Source: Ranitomeya imitator (lineage: Eukaryota). From it: DNA of 64,000 bases. How positions within the stretch are numbered: the stretch's first letter is position 1; each line of letters starts with the position of its first letter. Below, piece after piece: positions 35,801-45,300 of the stretch. The notes beneath the pieces were generated by a model, which saw only the letters and a list, made by a program, of their open reading frames with translations, was not told where the DNA came from and did not search any database. The translations under genes were made by a program, and so were the position numbers. Where the stretch lies: contig NC_091285.1 of assembly GCF_032444005.1 (NCBI RefSeq), forward strand, positions 658,068,001 to 658,132,000. Reading direction: 5' to 3'.

Positions 35801-37950
35801 CTCTAAAACTGACACACCCAACCCTCTGCTGCAGGTTTTTTTTTTAACCCCTTCACCCCCGGAGCTTTTTCCGCTTTTTCATTTTCGTTTTTTGCTCCCC
35901 TCCTTCCCAGAGCCATAACTTTTTTATTTTTCCGTCAATATGGCCATGTGAGGGCTTATTTTTTGCTGGACGAGATGTACTTTTGAACGATACCATTGAT
36001 TTTACCATGCCATGTAACAGAAAACGGGAAAAAAATTCCAAGTGTGATGAAATTGCAAAAAAAGTGCAATCTCACACTTGTTTTTTGTTTGGCTTTTTTG
36101 CTAGGTTCACTAAATGCTAAAACTAACCTGCCATTATGATTCTCCAGGTCATTACAAGTTCATTGACACCAAACATGTCTAGGTTATTTTTTATCTAAGT
36201 GGTGAAAAAAATTTCCAAATTTTGCTAAACAATTTTTTTTAAAAATTGCGCGATTTTCCGATACCCGTAGCGTCTCCAATTTTCGTGATCTGGGGTCAGG
36301 TGAAGGCTTATTTTTTGTGTGCCGAGCTGGCTTTTTTAATGATACCATTTTGGTGTAGATACGTTCTTTTGATCGCCCGTTATTGCATTTTAATGCAATG
36401 TCGCGGCGACCAAAAAAACGTAATTTTGGCATTTTGATTTTTTTTCTCGCTACGTCATTTAGCGGCCAGGTTAAACCTTTGTTTTTATTGATAGATCGGG
36501 CGATTCTGAACGCGGCGATACCAAATATGTGTATGTTTGATTTTTTTTTAATTGTTTTATTTTGATTGGGGCGAAAGGGGGGTGATTTGAACTTTTATAT
36601 ATTTTTTATTTTTTTTATATTTTTAATCACTTTTTTTTTTTAATTTTAGCATGCTTCAATAGCCTCCATGGGAGGGTAGAAGCATGCATAACTCGATCGG
36701 CTCTGCTACATAGAGGTGAAGCACAGATCACCTCTATGTAGCAGAAATGCAGGGTTGCTTTGAACGCCGACCACAGGGTGGCGCTCAAAGCAATCGGCCA
36801 TCAACAACCATAGAGGTCTCAAGGAGACCTCTGGTTGTTATGGCGATGCACTGCTGACCCCCGATCATGTGACGGGGGTCAGCAGTGCGAGCACTTCCGG
36901 CCGCGCGGCCGGGAGCGCTAGTTAAATGCCGCTGTCAGCGCTTGACGGCGGCATTTAACTAGTTAATGAGCGCGGGCGGATCGCGATTCCGCTCGCGCTC
37001 ATTGCGCGCACATGTCAGCTGTACAAAACAGCTGACATGTCGCGGCTTTGAGGTGGGCTCACCGCCGGAGCCCACCTCAAAGCAGGGGATCTGCCAGCTG
37101 ACGTACTATTCCGTCAGCTGGCAGAAAGGGGTTAAGGAACTCGTGGCCATAGACCACATGGAAAACCTGGCCAGGGAGGAAATGGACCGTCCCACTACCT
37201 CCCTGTAGTCCGTTTTCAAAAATAAAAACCCATGATGGGTTTTCTTAAATCTGCCTTGGGCAAATAGCTTGCCCAAGACCAACACTTACTTTTATGTTGC
37301 ATTGCAATCACAGCTATGTCTGTGACTGCAAATGCACTCCCACGGCCTAAATACATCTCTGTGGGCATCCTGAGAAACACATAGCAACCCTCGCATATGA
37401 CCCCAGTCACTTCCTCACAATGGATGAGTGGGGAATTAATCTCTGTAAACTCTACCAACAAGACGAGTGATTACAGCTGCAGGTACAATGCCAAATATAT
37501 GGCTATGGTTGTCTCATATCTATTGGCAAAGGTCATCAATATTGAAGACCCACATAGCACCTGCACAATTCACTACCCTTTCCAATTCATGTAATGTAAA
37601 GATATACCGGTGTATACCAGCCCAACTAAGGCCAAAACAAAAAGGATACTCTTTGGGCTAACATTACGTAAATAGAGGCCTAGAGATATGGTTGAAATAT
37701 CTTCTAGAAGCCATTTCCAGTTTATCCGCCAAAAGTAGGGCTCAGATGTAGTCTGCACCAGGACTAACCTCTCTTACGTCATTGTCATTATCTCATATTA
37801 TCTCCTCTCTGTTGCAGGAACTGGATGCCCAACGAACCTACCAGTTCGGGAGGTGATGAAGATTGTGTCCACATTTGGAAGGAAGCAAAATGGAATGACA
37901 AGAACTGCCACGATAGCACTACACTTGCCATCTGCGAGAAGAAACTCTGA
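11810..37950 (+). CDS. Type II transmembrane C-type lectin (CD209/CD23/hepatic-lectin-like), six coding exons, 194 aa
   Basis: join(11810-11831,16278-16385,17172-17234,22702-22847,35399-35511,37818-37950) = 585 nt, all GT-AG with compatible phases (1,1,1,0,2); short tail, TM helix, short stalk, long-form CTLD with 6 Cys, WIGL, EPT and WND. Exon 1 is the least certain. Confidence 0.85.
12570..14100. repeat. Degenerate G-rich minisatellite (CATCATACTGWGTGGGGG-like core)
   Basis: Many diverged copies on both sides of the MITE at 13531-13945. Confidence 0.65.
13531..13945. mobile_element. Harbinger-type MITE
   Basis: About 44-bp perfect TIR (GGTACCGTCACACAGTGGCATTTTGATCGCTACGACGGCACGAT), TTA on both sides. 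Confidence 0.85.
14751..15666 (-). mobile_element. Solo LTR related to the Gypsy element at 24291-34084
   Basis: TGTTAGG...CCAACA, 5-bp TSD GAGGG (14746-14750, 15667-15671), clear similarity to the LTRs at 24291 and 33183. Confidence 0.9.
16278..16385 (+). CDS. Lectin exon 2, transmembrane anchor
   Basis: EGMCSYFKERPVIITYGLLALSFILVIVLFIAVHSK; TTTTCAG acceptor, GTCAGT donor. Confidence 0.8.
17172..17234 (+). CDS. Lectin exon 3, stalk
   Basis: NSHPEHKALASRDDMVSVNIT; CTAG acceptor, GTAAGA donor, phase 1-1, NIT sequon. Confidence 0.75.
18540..20700 (-). mobile_element. Decayed Gypsy pol fragment (integrase), probably Gmr1-like order
   Basis: Integrase Zn-binding region (VPCSLRAQLL..AGHL..YCRLC..PKAPL, 20473-20673), core continuing to HFNGTLKQML after the LTR insertion; downstream sequence resembles the region preceding RT. 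Confidence 0.6.
19108..20233. mobile_element. Solo LTR inserted in the integrase remnant
   Basis: TGCGGCGCCCC...GGGGCGCTCCA termini; integrase reading resumes across it; TSD decayed. Confidence 0.6.
21590..21761 (+). mobile_element. Tc1 transposase C-terminal fragment
   Basis: WEHIEETWDQILDETCLNLMESMPKRIQAVLK (MPxRxxAV motif). Confidence 0.7.
21762..22094. mobile_element. hAT-type MITE
   Basis: TIRs TAGAGATGAGCAAATTT / AAATTCGCTCATCACTA, 8-bp TSD GTTGAAAG / GCTGAAAG, internal inverted repeats. Confidence 0.7.
22702..22847 (+). CDS. Lectin exon 4, CTLD part 1
   Basis: EKYTCDAGWIVFDRKCYFFSSSKSNWFKARSMCVLKNSDLAVIKNEYEQ; TTTCAG / GTGAGA. Confidence 0.92.
22910..23401 (-). mobile_element. Short Penelope-type non-autonomous insertion with degenerate hammerhead
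   Basis: Minus strand near 23360-23400 reads GCCC-CTGATGA-AGCC...GAAAACGTGCGTT-GGGGC; flanked by a ~140-bp direct duplication. Confidence 0.5.
23402..23542 (+). pseudogene. Duplicated 3' half of lectin exon 4 plus intron start
   Basis: Copy of 22766-22909 with small indels; donor destroyed (CAGGGAGATG vs CAGGTGAGATG). Confidence 0.9.
24040..24200 (+). mobile_element. L2-like LINE RT C-terminal remnant
   Basis: LQNTSDCLSSISNIMSFLWLNLPKIELLVFSP resembles the L2 LKLN..KTELL motif region. Confidence 0.45.
24291..25190 (-). repeat. 3' LTR of decayed Gypsy
   Basis: 900 bp, direct repeat of 33183-34084; internal 68-bp tandem duplication near 24532-24668. Confidence 0.95.
25191..26432 (-). pseudogene. 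Integrase plus chromodomain
   Basis: GHFG..WWP..C..C, MDFV, SDRGPQF, TNGLVERAN; chromodomain YEVNAIL..YLVDWKGYGPEDRSWEP. Confidence 0.9.
26466..27806 (-). pseudogene. Reverse transcriptase plus RNase H, catalytic YLDD changed to YLDV
   Basis: KLDLRGAYNLIRI, YLVMRFGLCNAPAVFQ, VVYLDVILIFS, VDASSVGAG, TDHKNL; frameshifted relative to neighbours. Confidence 0.9.
27763..28831 (-). pseudogene. gag C-terminal part, zinc knuckle and aspartic protease
   Basis: DRVVQSAPLFLDTLKQVFLGP..., CRNCQQEGHYANKC, CVDSGAEGNF; frameshift near 28424. Confidence 0.85.
28838..32800. repeat. Tandem array of nine 436-bp units plus ~40-bp overhang inserted in gag
   Basis: TGAAGACACAAAAG recurs at 28836, 29272, 29708, 30144, 30580, 31016, 31452, 31888, 32324 and 32760; TCATTG duplicated at both ends; only three substitutions seen. 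Confidence 0.98.
32801..33153 (-). pseudogene. gag N-terminal part
   Basis: MADGQCLQRYIQQLEGRLAAL...LPDKFAGDSKQCRGFVSQC...EWATPLWERN; joins DRVVQS at 28831 when the array is removed. Confidence 0.9.
33183..34084 (-). repeat. 5' LTR of decayed Gypsy
   Basis: 902 bp; TATTTAA on minus at 33629-33635; about 11 substitutions versus the other LTR in the first 180 bp. Confidence 0.95.
34200..34273 (+). mobile_element. CR1 LINE 3' tail
   Basis: GGTCCCTTCCAACTCTACCATTCTATGATTCTATGA, the characteristic CR1 octamer tail. Confidence 0.8.
35399..35511 (+). CDS. Lectin exon 5, CTLD part 2
   Basis: RFIGAKTGDRAYWIGLTDNEAEGNWTWVDGTDYKSSY; CACAG / GTAAGT. Confidence 0.92.
35848..37131. mobile_element. piggyBac-like MITE in lectin intron 5
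   Basis: TTAA-CCCCTT...AAGGGG-TTAA; shares its right end and AT-rich segment with 4392-8512. Confidence 0.8.
37818..37950 (+). CDS. Lectin exon 6, CTLD part 3 and stop
   Basis: KNWMPNEPTSSGGDEDCVHIWKEAKWNDKNCHDSTTLAICEKKL*; TTGCAG acceptor. Confidence 0.92.
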
Positions 37951-38369
37951 ACTTTCATTGTCCTCATGGACAATCGCTATAATCGTCTGCTCTGATTAAT
38001 CTCTTAGAGATGGAGCCAATTTTTACCTCTCCGACCAGGCCAAATATTTGAAATCTGTCCAGTGTCACTTCATGTGGAACAATTCAACATATTCCAGTGA
38101 TTTTGAGATAGTTTTTTTTTTTAGCAATATATTGTATTTTATGTAAACTTAGGTGGATATGTTTTTTTTTTTTTTTTTTAATATTGGAATTTTGGAGAAA
38201 TTTTTTAAACTTTGCAATTTTCAATCATTTTATTTTTATATCTTCTTATACTAGTTAGTCAGTCATGCCGTACAAAATAAGTAATAAATACATTTCACAT
38301 ACGTCTACTTTACATCTGCATCATTTTTAAAATGTCATTTATTTTGTTAGGATGCTAAAGGGGTTAATA

Positions 38370-39530
38370 ATTTAAAAGGCGTGTCCAAACGGCGCTTAGG
38401 ACCAAGGGAGATATGAATATGCAATAACCCGCATGAAATTGTATGGCAGTATGGTGCAGTTGTACTATAAATGTGCCAGTGCTTGCAAGAAAAGGTTGGT
38501 GATCGGTATGAAGAAGTGGTAACAAAATAAATAGGTATACTGCGGTGCACTCCCTAAATTGGATAAGAAAAGGTAAGCGGGCACCGCCATACTATAAGTA
38601 TCCAGAGATAATGAGAGGGGTGCTACCATAGTGTCCTAAAAATGCATGTTTGAAAAGCGAAAAAAAGAAAAAGAAGAAGCAAACAGAGGTGCACACACCA
38701 AATATACATGTGAACAAAGGCTTTATTGAAACAATAACAAGTGCACATACTTGTATAAAAAGCATTTAAAAACATCTAAAACACACACAAGTCATGGCTC
38801 AATAGGGTCATGGCGGCTAAGTATAGGCAAAAAAAAAATCCATGAGTGATACTGTGAGTGCTTAGTAATCTATAAATCACGTAGCTGCTTACTAAGAGCA
38901 GTTTTAAATACTTTTTCCCAAGTTAATATTTCAGAAAATAAATAATAATAAATACCAGGCTTAGATATAGCTCATTAATTAAAATTTTGAAATGTACATT
39001 ATTATTATTATTATTATTAATTTTGAAATGTATATAGCATTACCAGTGCAGCACAGTTCCACTTAGAGAAAAACACTCGTCATCTTATGAAAAGCAGTAC
39101 TCAGATACACTCATGAAGAGAATGTGCAACACAGATAATCAATGTATAGCCAAAAATAATAACCCTAATAATACCAATAGGCATGCATATAAACAAAATT
39201 CATACTTGCCAAGGGATCAATATGTAGCCATGTGGGGCATCCCTACGCGTATCGCTACCATATGCAGCTTCGTCAGGGGAAGATATAAAATACGCTGCCC
39301 AGCCGCTTTAAGTAGAAGTAGGTGCACTTACTATTGTTACTCGGATCACCAACACCTGTGTTTGGCAGTCTAGGAACAAATCAGCGAAACCCTAAATTGT
39401 AGATTACTAAAAATAGTGTACGGGGGTATTGCCTGCTCCTGTTCTTGTGTGGGGGAAGCATGGAATGCGCTACCCCAATAACTTGGTTTCAACAGGGATG
39501 AGAAGATGTGCCGTGTAGTACTGATCCTAG
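38370..39530 (-). mobile_element. Penelope-type pLTR / non-autonomous fragment
   Basis: Hammerhead-like motif on minus at 39240-39280, A-rich end with GCAC(T/A)C and CTTTATT motifs like the other PLE ends here; boundaries approximate. Confidence 0.45.
39240..39280 (-). ncRNA. Minimal type I hammerhead-like motif (GAUA variant)
   Basis: UCCC-CUGACGA-AGCU GCAUAUGGU AGC-GAUA-CGCGUA-GGGA: stems I and II and palindromic ACGCGU stem III present; GUA cleavage triplet; A14 replaced by U. Confidence 0.6.
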
Positions 39531-40039
39531 CGTGGGGTCGCTAGGGGTTTAGCTGATCCATGCGGTGAGGGTGAAAGAGTCCAAAGTACGTGCGCTACTG
39601 CACAAGCCGTAAACAGGCAGCGAATATTGGTGAGAGAACGCAATCTTGTGCCTGTTGCTGAACCTTCACGCCAAAGGTGGGTGCAGTAGCGCACACACTT
39701 TGGACTCTTTTGCAATGGACTACTGTGAGATCATGGTTATTACCAACTTCTGGCTTCTTGTGATAAGGATATGCCAAACATGTGGCTGCTTACTCTGGTT
39801 TAGGCACAGTGGGTCTCAGAAGGAGGGGAGCATTTGGATTTGGGAGCGCAGATTTCCCTGGATTTTATTTGAAGGAGTGAGAGCTGAAGGTTTTTCTAGA
39901 GGCTTTGTTCTGGCAACCAAAATTTCCAGATAGGTCATGATAAGCTTCTAACACAATGTTGACATTTTGCATAGGTACGATGATCTGGACTACTCAGTTA
40001 TGTGTAGTTGGATCAATGGTTCTTCGAACAAACCATTTG

Positions 40040-40260
40040 ATAAAGTATCTCATAAAGTATCTCATACTATTTTTATTGAAAAAATTACCAAGTATGGGAC
40101 TGACAAGGCTACGGTTAGGTGGATTCATAACTGGCTCAGTGATCGTATTCAAAAAGTGGTAATAAATGGTTGCACATCCAATTGGAAGAGTGCTTCAAGT
40201 GGGGTACCTCAATGCTCGGTCCTAGCCCCAGTGTTGTTCAACATTTTTATAAATGATCTA
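40040..40260 (+). mobile_element. CR1 reverse transcriptase fragment
   Basis: FDKVSH...[49 protein letters not shown]. Confidence 0.85.
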
Positions 40261-40261
40261 G

Positions 40262-40772
40262 TGTGACGCTAGTCACTTCTCACGACCAAGCTGTAAGTCA
40301 GAATGATCAATGAGTCCAAAGTCAGAAGGAAGTGACAAAGCACGGTCAGGTAATGTTCTGAGGTCAGAATACCAGTAGGCTTACGGATCAGAGCAGAAGG
40401 GGTTAAACAATTGGATGGTCAGAGCGAAGTCCAAGGTCAGGCAGTAAATAATCAAGCATACAGAACTCAAGGCACAGGGAGCACAAACCTACTAGATGAA
40501 TGTATAACTGGCAGTGGTCTGGGAGAAGCAGCTCAGTTAAGTAGCATGGCAATCACCCGGGATAGTGAACACTTTGAGACACTCGATGCCTCCCAGTCAC
40601 AGATTGGATAGTCGATCTGTCAGTCAACACACTGAGAGCTCAGCACGCCCCAGATTGGATGGCCAAGCTGTCAATCAAAGTACTGACAGCTTCATCAAGC
40701 CCCTGTACTGGATTGGATGGCCGAGCTGTCAGTAACTGCATCCTATACATACTTGGGGGTGGAACCGTAACA
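40262..40772. mobile_element. Solo LTR inserted in the CR1 fragment
   Basis: TGTGAC...GTAACA termini, flanks TCTAG / TCTAA. Confidence 0.55.
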
Positions 40773-40814
40773 TCTAAATAAGGGAACTGGATGACCAAGA
40801 GAAGGCAAGAGAGA

Positions 40815-40978
40815 AAGTCATGTGGTCAGATGAGGCTAAAATAGAACTTTTTGGTATCAACTCCACTCGCCATGTTTGAAGGGAGAAGAAGGATGAGTAC
40901 AACCCCATTAACACCGTCTCAACTATGAAGCATGGTGGGGGAAACATCATACTTTGGGTATGCTTTTCTGCAAAGGGA
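40815..40978 (+). mobile_element. Tc1 transposase DDE fragment
   Basis: KVMWSDEAKIELFGINSTRHV*...[11 protein letters not shown]. Confidence 0.8.
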
Positions 40979-42342
40979 AAATAAGGAAAAGGGTCAAAAA
41001 GAACCCAAAAGAATGACCATCAAGTCCACAGATAATAAAAAATAATCCATCTTTATTAAATATAATATAGGAAACAGGTGAGGACACAGTGCCACACTAA
41101 GTACAAAACACAGCACAATCGCATGACTGCACCAGGAGCGCACGGAGCCAGGGGACAATAGCTGCTTATGTTTCAATTAAATTATCAAAACCATTCCCTC
41201 CCCAACAGGGGGATGTAATAAATGTAGGTAACATAAAATAATAGAAGGTTAGAACTGCACATGTATAGCATCAAGGGAAGATTCTAATATAAATATATGT
41301 CACTTATAGTATAAGATACCTAATCCCACCAAAGGCAGGAACTCTAACCACAGAGGAATGGATATAATTACCTCTATAAGGATGCAGACAACCAGGTTCC
41401 CAGGGTCCGTGCACCCACCCTGACGCACGTTTCGGAAGCACTCGTGGCATAAAGTGCCATGAGCGGTTTTATATACAAATGGATGCCGGAAGTGAAATGG
41501 AGTATGATCCCGGAGGTGTATGCCGGTTGTCATTCCAACAAACACTGATTACCACCAGTGTATATAGGAAAAGATAAAATGCAAAAAAACAATATACAGA
41601 CATATAAATAGGCGGCGCGTCCTCCCTCCCAGCTCCCAGCAAACGCACTGTGCCCCGCCAAACAACAGACAAGCATGGGGCCCCGTGTAGTCTGATGATG
41701 AGCGTGCAGCCAGTGTGAGCGCCAGAAGGGGGGGCGAAGTACGTGCCACGCAAGCGCAGTAAGTATAGAAACGCACAGGCGTAATATTGTAAGCAGGCGA
41801 ACAGTGTGGGCAAATAGATTGACCAAATTCTACGGTGTTAAAGAGGACAAGACCCTAAATATCAGTCTTCTGTGGGTACAAAGGTACTTAGCAAGGTGCC
41901 ACATAGCAGCTGCCACTGCAAGAGTGGCATAGATAAATATATCATATATAGCAGCTGCAGCAAATATAGCGACACAGGCACAAAAGTGGGAAAAATATGA
42001 TGATAATGCACACTATAGGAAGATGTATCATCATAAGTTGTCGCTTCAAAAACAGAATTCATTGTCCATCGTACACAAATAGTGAACATATATCCGACTC
42101 TAAAAGCTTGATTAGACGCTGTGACAAAATACAACATTAACAATAGTCCATTGTTATGACCATACGTTCTTTAACCCGACGTATCTTCAATAGCCGCAGA
42201 GACTTCCCCACTAGATCTTATTATTGATGAACAGCATATACAGTTGGTCCAACTTATTGATCACAATATTTAGAAAATAGATATAATTCGCCAATCCATA
42301 TGACATCTTATTCGCCTGCTTGGCGGTGGATGTGACGGCCAG

Positions 42343-45300
42343 TGTTGTGAATTCTGTGGCTGAATTCACTCCTGTGGTCACAAGTGGTACTGCAGCTTCT
42401 GAGCTTCCTCCCTCAGGTGTTCTGGTGAGCTCGTTGGCTGCTTTGTTATTTAACTCCGCCTGATTCTGTCTTCCTTGCTCCTTGTCAATGTTCCAGTGTT
42501 GGATCTGAGCTTCTGGATCTTTCCTGTGGCCTGCTGCTCTGCTTAGATAAGTGCTTCTTTGCTTTTGTTGTTACTTTTTCTGTCCAGCTTGTCAATTCGT
42601 TTTGCTGGAAGCTCTGAGACGCAAAGGGTGTACCGCCGTGCCGTTAGTTCGGCACGGTGGGTCTTTTTGCCCCCTTTGCGTGGTTTTTTGCTTTAGGGTT
42701 TTTTGTAGACTGCAAAGTTCTCTTTGCTATCCTCGCTCTATCTAGAATATCGGGCCTCACTTTGCTGAATCTATTTCATCCCTACGTTTGTCTTTTCATC
42801 TTGCTAACAGTCATTATATGTGGGGGGCTGCCTTTTCCTTTGGGGTATTTCTCTGAGGCAAGTCAGGCTTGCATTTCTATCTTTAGGCTAGTCAGCTCCT
42901 CAGGCTGTGCCGAGTTGCATAGGTAGTGTTAGGCGCAATCCACAGCTGCCTTTAGTTGTGTTTAGGATAGGTTCAGGTATTGCGGTCTACAGAGATTCCA
43001 CGTCTCAGAGCTCGTTCTATTGTTTTTGGGTTATTGTCAGATCACTGTATGTGCTCTGATTGCTGGCACACTGTGTCATTGGATTGCCTACATAACAGTA
43101 CAAGGAGCCCACCTAATGATTCTCAATAGAGGGAAAAAAGAAGTTCTGACATCATTTTTTTTCTCAGCTCTGTGTTCAGTCTTTTTGTTCCCCTAGACAT
43201 TTGGGTGTTTCAGGACACAGGTGTGGACATGGATATTCAGGGTCTGTGCTCTTCAATGGATAATCTCGTTACAAATGTACAAAGGATTCAAGATACTATT
43301 GATCAGAAATCTATGTTAGAACCAAGAATTCCTATTCCTGATTTGTTTTTTGGTGATAGAACTAAGTTTCTAAATTTCAAAAATAATTGTAAGCTATTTC
43401 TGGCCTTGAAACCTCATTCTTCTGGTAATCCTATTCAACAGGTTTTGATTATTATTTCTTTTTTGCGCGGCGACCCTCAGGACTGGGCATTTTCTCTTGC
43501 GCCAGGAGACCCTGCATTGAGTAATGTCAATGCGTTTTTCCTGGCGCTCGGATTACTTTACGATGAGCCTAATTCAGTGGATCAGGCTGAGAAAAATTTG
43601 CTGGCTTTGTGCCAGGGTCAGGATGATATAGAAGTATATTGTCAGAAATTTAGGAAGTTGTCAGTACTCACTCTGTGGAATGAATCTGCGCTGGCAGCTT
43701 TGTTCAGAAAGGGTCTCTCTGAGGCTCTTAAGGATGTCATGGTGGGTTTTCCTATGCCTGCTGGTTTGAATGAGTCTATGTCTTTGGCCATTCAGATCGG
43801 TCGACGCTTGCGCGAGCGTAAATCTGTGCACCATTTGGCGGTATTGTCTAAGATTAAACCTGAGCCTATGCAGTGCGATAGGACTATGACCAGAGTTGAA
43901 CGGCAAGAACACAGACGTCTGAATGGTCTGTGTTTCTACTGTGGTGATTCCACTCATGCTATTTCTGATTGTCCTAAGCGCACTAAGCGGTTCGATAGGT
44001 CTGCCGTCATTGGTACTGTACAATCCAAATTCCTTCTGTCCATTACCTTGATATGCTCTTTGTCATCGTATTCTGTCATGGCGTTTGTGGATTCAGGCGC
44101 TGCCCTGAATCTGATGGATTTGGATTATGCTAAACGTTGTGGGTTCTTCTTGGAGCCTTTGCGGTGTCCTATTCCGTTGAGAGGAATTGATGCTACACCT
44201 TTGGCCAAGAATAAACCTCAGTACTGGACCCAGCTGACCATGTGCATGGCTCCTGCACATCAGGAAGTTATTCGCTTTCTGGTGCTACATAATCTGCATG
44301 ATGTGGTCGTGTTGGGGTTGCCATGGCTGCAAACCCATAATCCAGTATTGGATTGGAACTGTATGTCGGTATCCAGCTGGGGTTGTCAGGGGGTACATGG
44401 TGATGTTCCATTTTTGTCTATTTCGTCATCCACTCCTTCTGAGGTCCCAGAGTTCTTGTCTGATTATCAGGATGTATTTGAAGAGCCCAAGTCCGATGCC
44501 CTACCTCCGCATAGGGATTGTGATTGTGCTATCAATTTGATTCCTGGTAGTAAATTCCCTAAAGGTCGATTATTTAATTTATCCGTGCCTGAACACGCCG
44601 CTATGCGCAGTTATGTGAATGAATCCCTGGGGAAGGGACATATTCGCCCATCATCATCACCACTGGGAGCAGGGTTCTTTTTTGTAGCCAAGAAGGATGG
44701 TTCGCTGAGACCGTGTATTGATTACCGCCTTCTTAATAAGATCACTGTTAAATTTCAGTATCCCTTGCCATTGTTATCTGACTTGTTTGCTCGGATTAAG
44801 GGGGCTAGTTGGTTCACTAAGATAGATCTTCGTGGTGCGTATAATCTGGTGAGAATCAGGCAAGGAGATGAATGGAAAACTGCATTTAATACGCCCGAGG
44901 GTCATTTTGAGTATCTAGTGATGCCGTTCGGACTTGCCAATGCTCCATCTGTGTTTCAGTCTTTTATGCATGACATCTTCCGTGAGTATCTGGATAAATT
45001 CCTGATTGTTTACTTGGATGACATTTTGATCTTCTCAGATGATTGGGATTCTCATGTGAAGCAGGTCAGAATGGTTTTCCAGGTCCTGCGTGCTAATTCT
45101 TTGTTTGTGAAGGGATCAAAGTGTCTCTTCGGTGTGCAGAAAGTTTCATTTTTGGGGTTCATCTTTTCCCCTTCTACTATCGAGATGGATCCGGTTAAGG
45201 TCCAAGCCATCCAGGATTGGACTCAGCCGACATCTCTGAAAAGTCTGCAAAAATTCCTGGGCTTTGCTAATTTTTATCGTTGCTTCATCTGTAATTTTTC

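Noticed and set aside
41400-41470. Hammerhead in the host PLE 3' region
   Set aside because: Minus strand has a hairpin followed by CGAAACGTGCGTC but no CUGANGA half, so it is at most a truncated relic.
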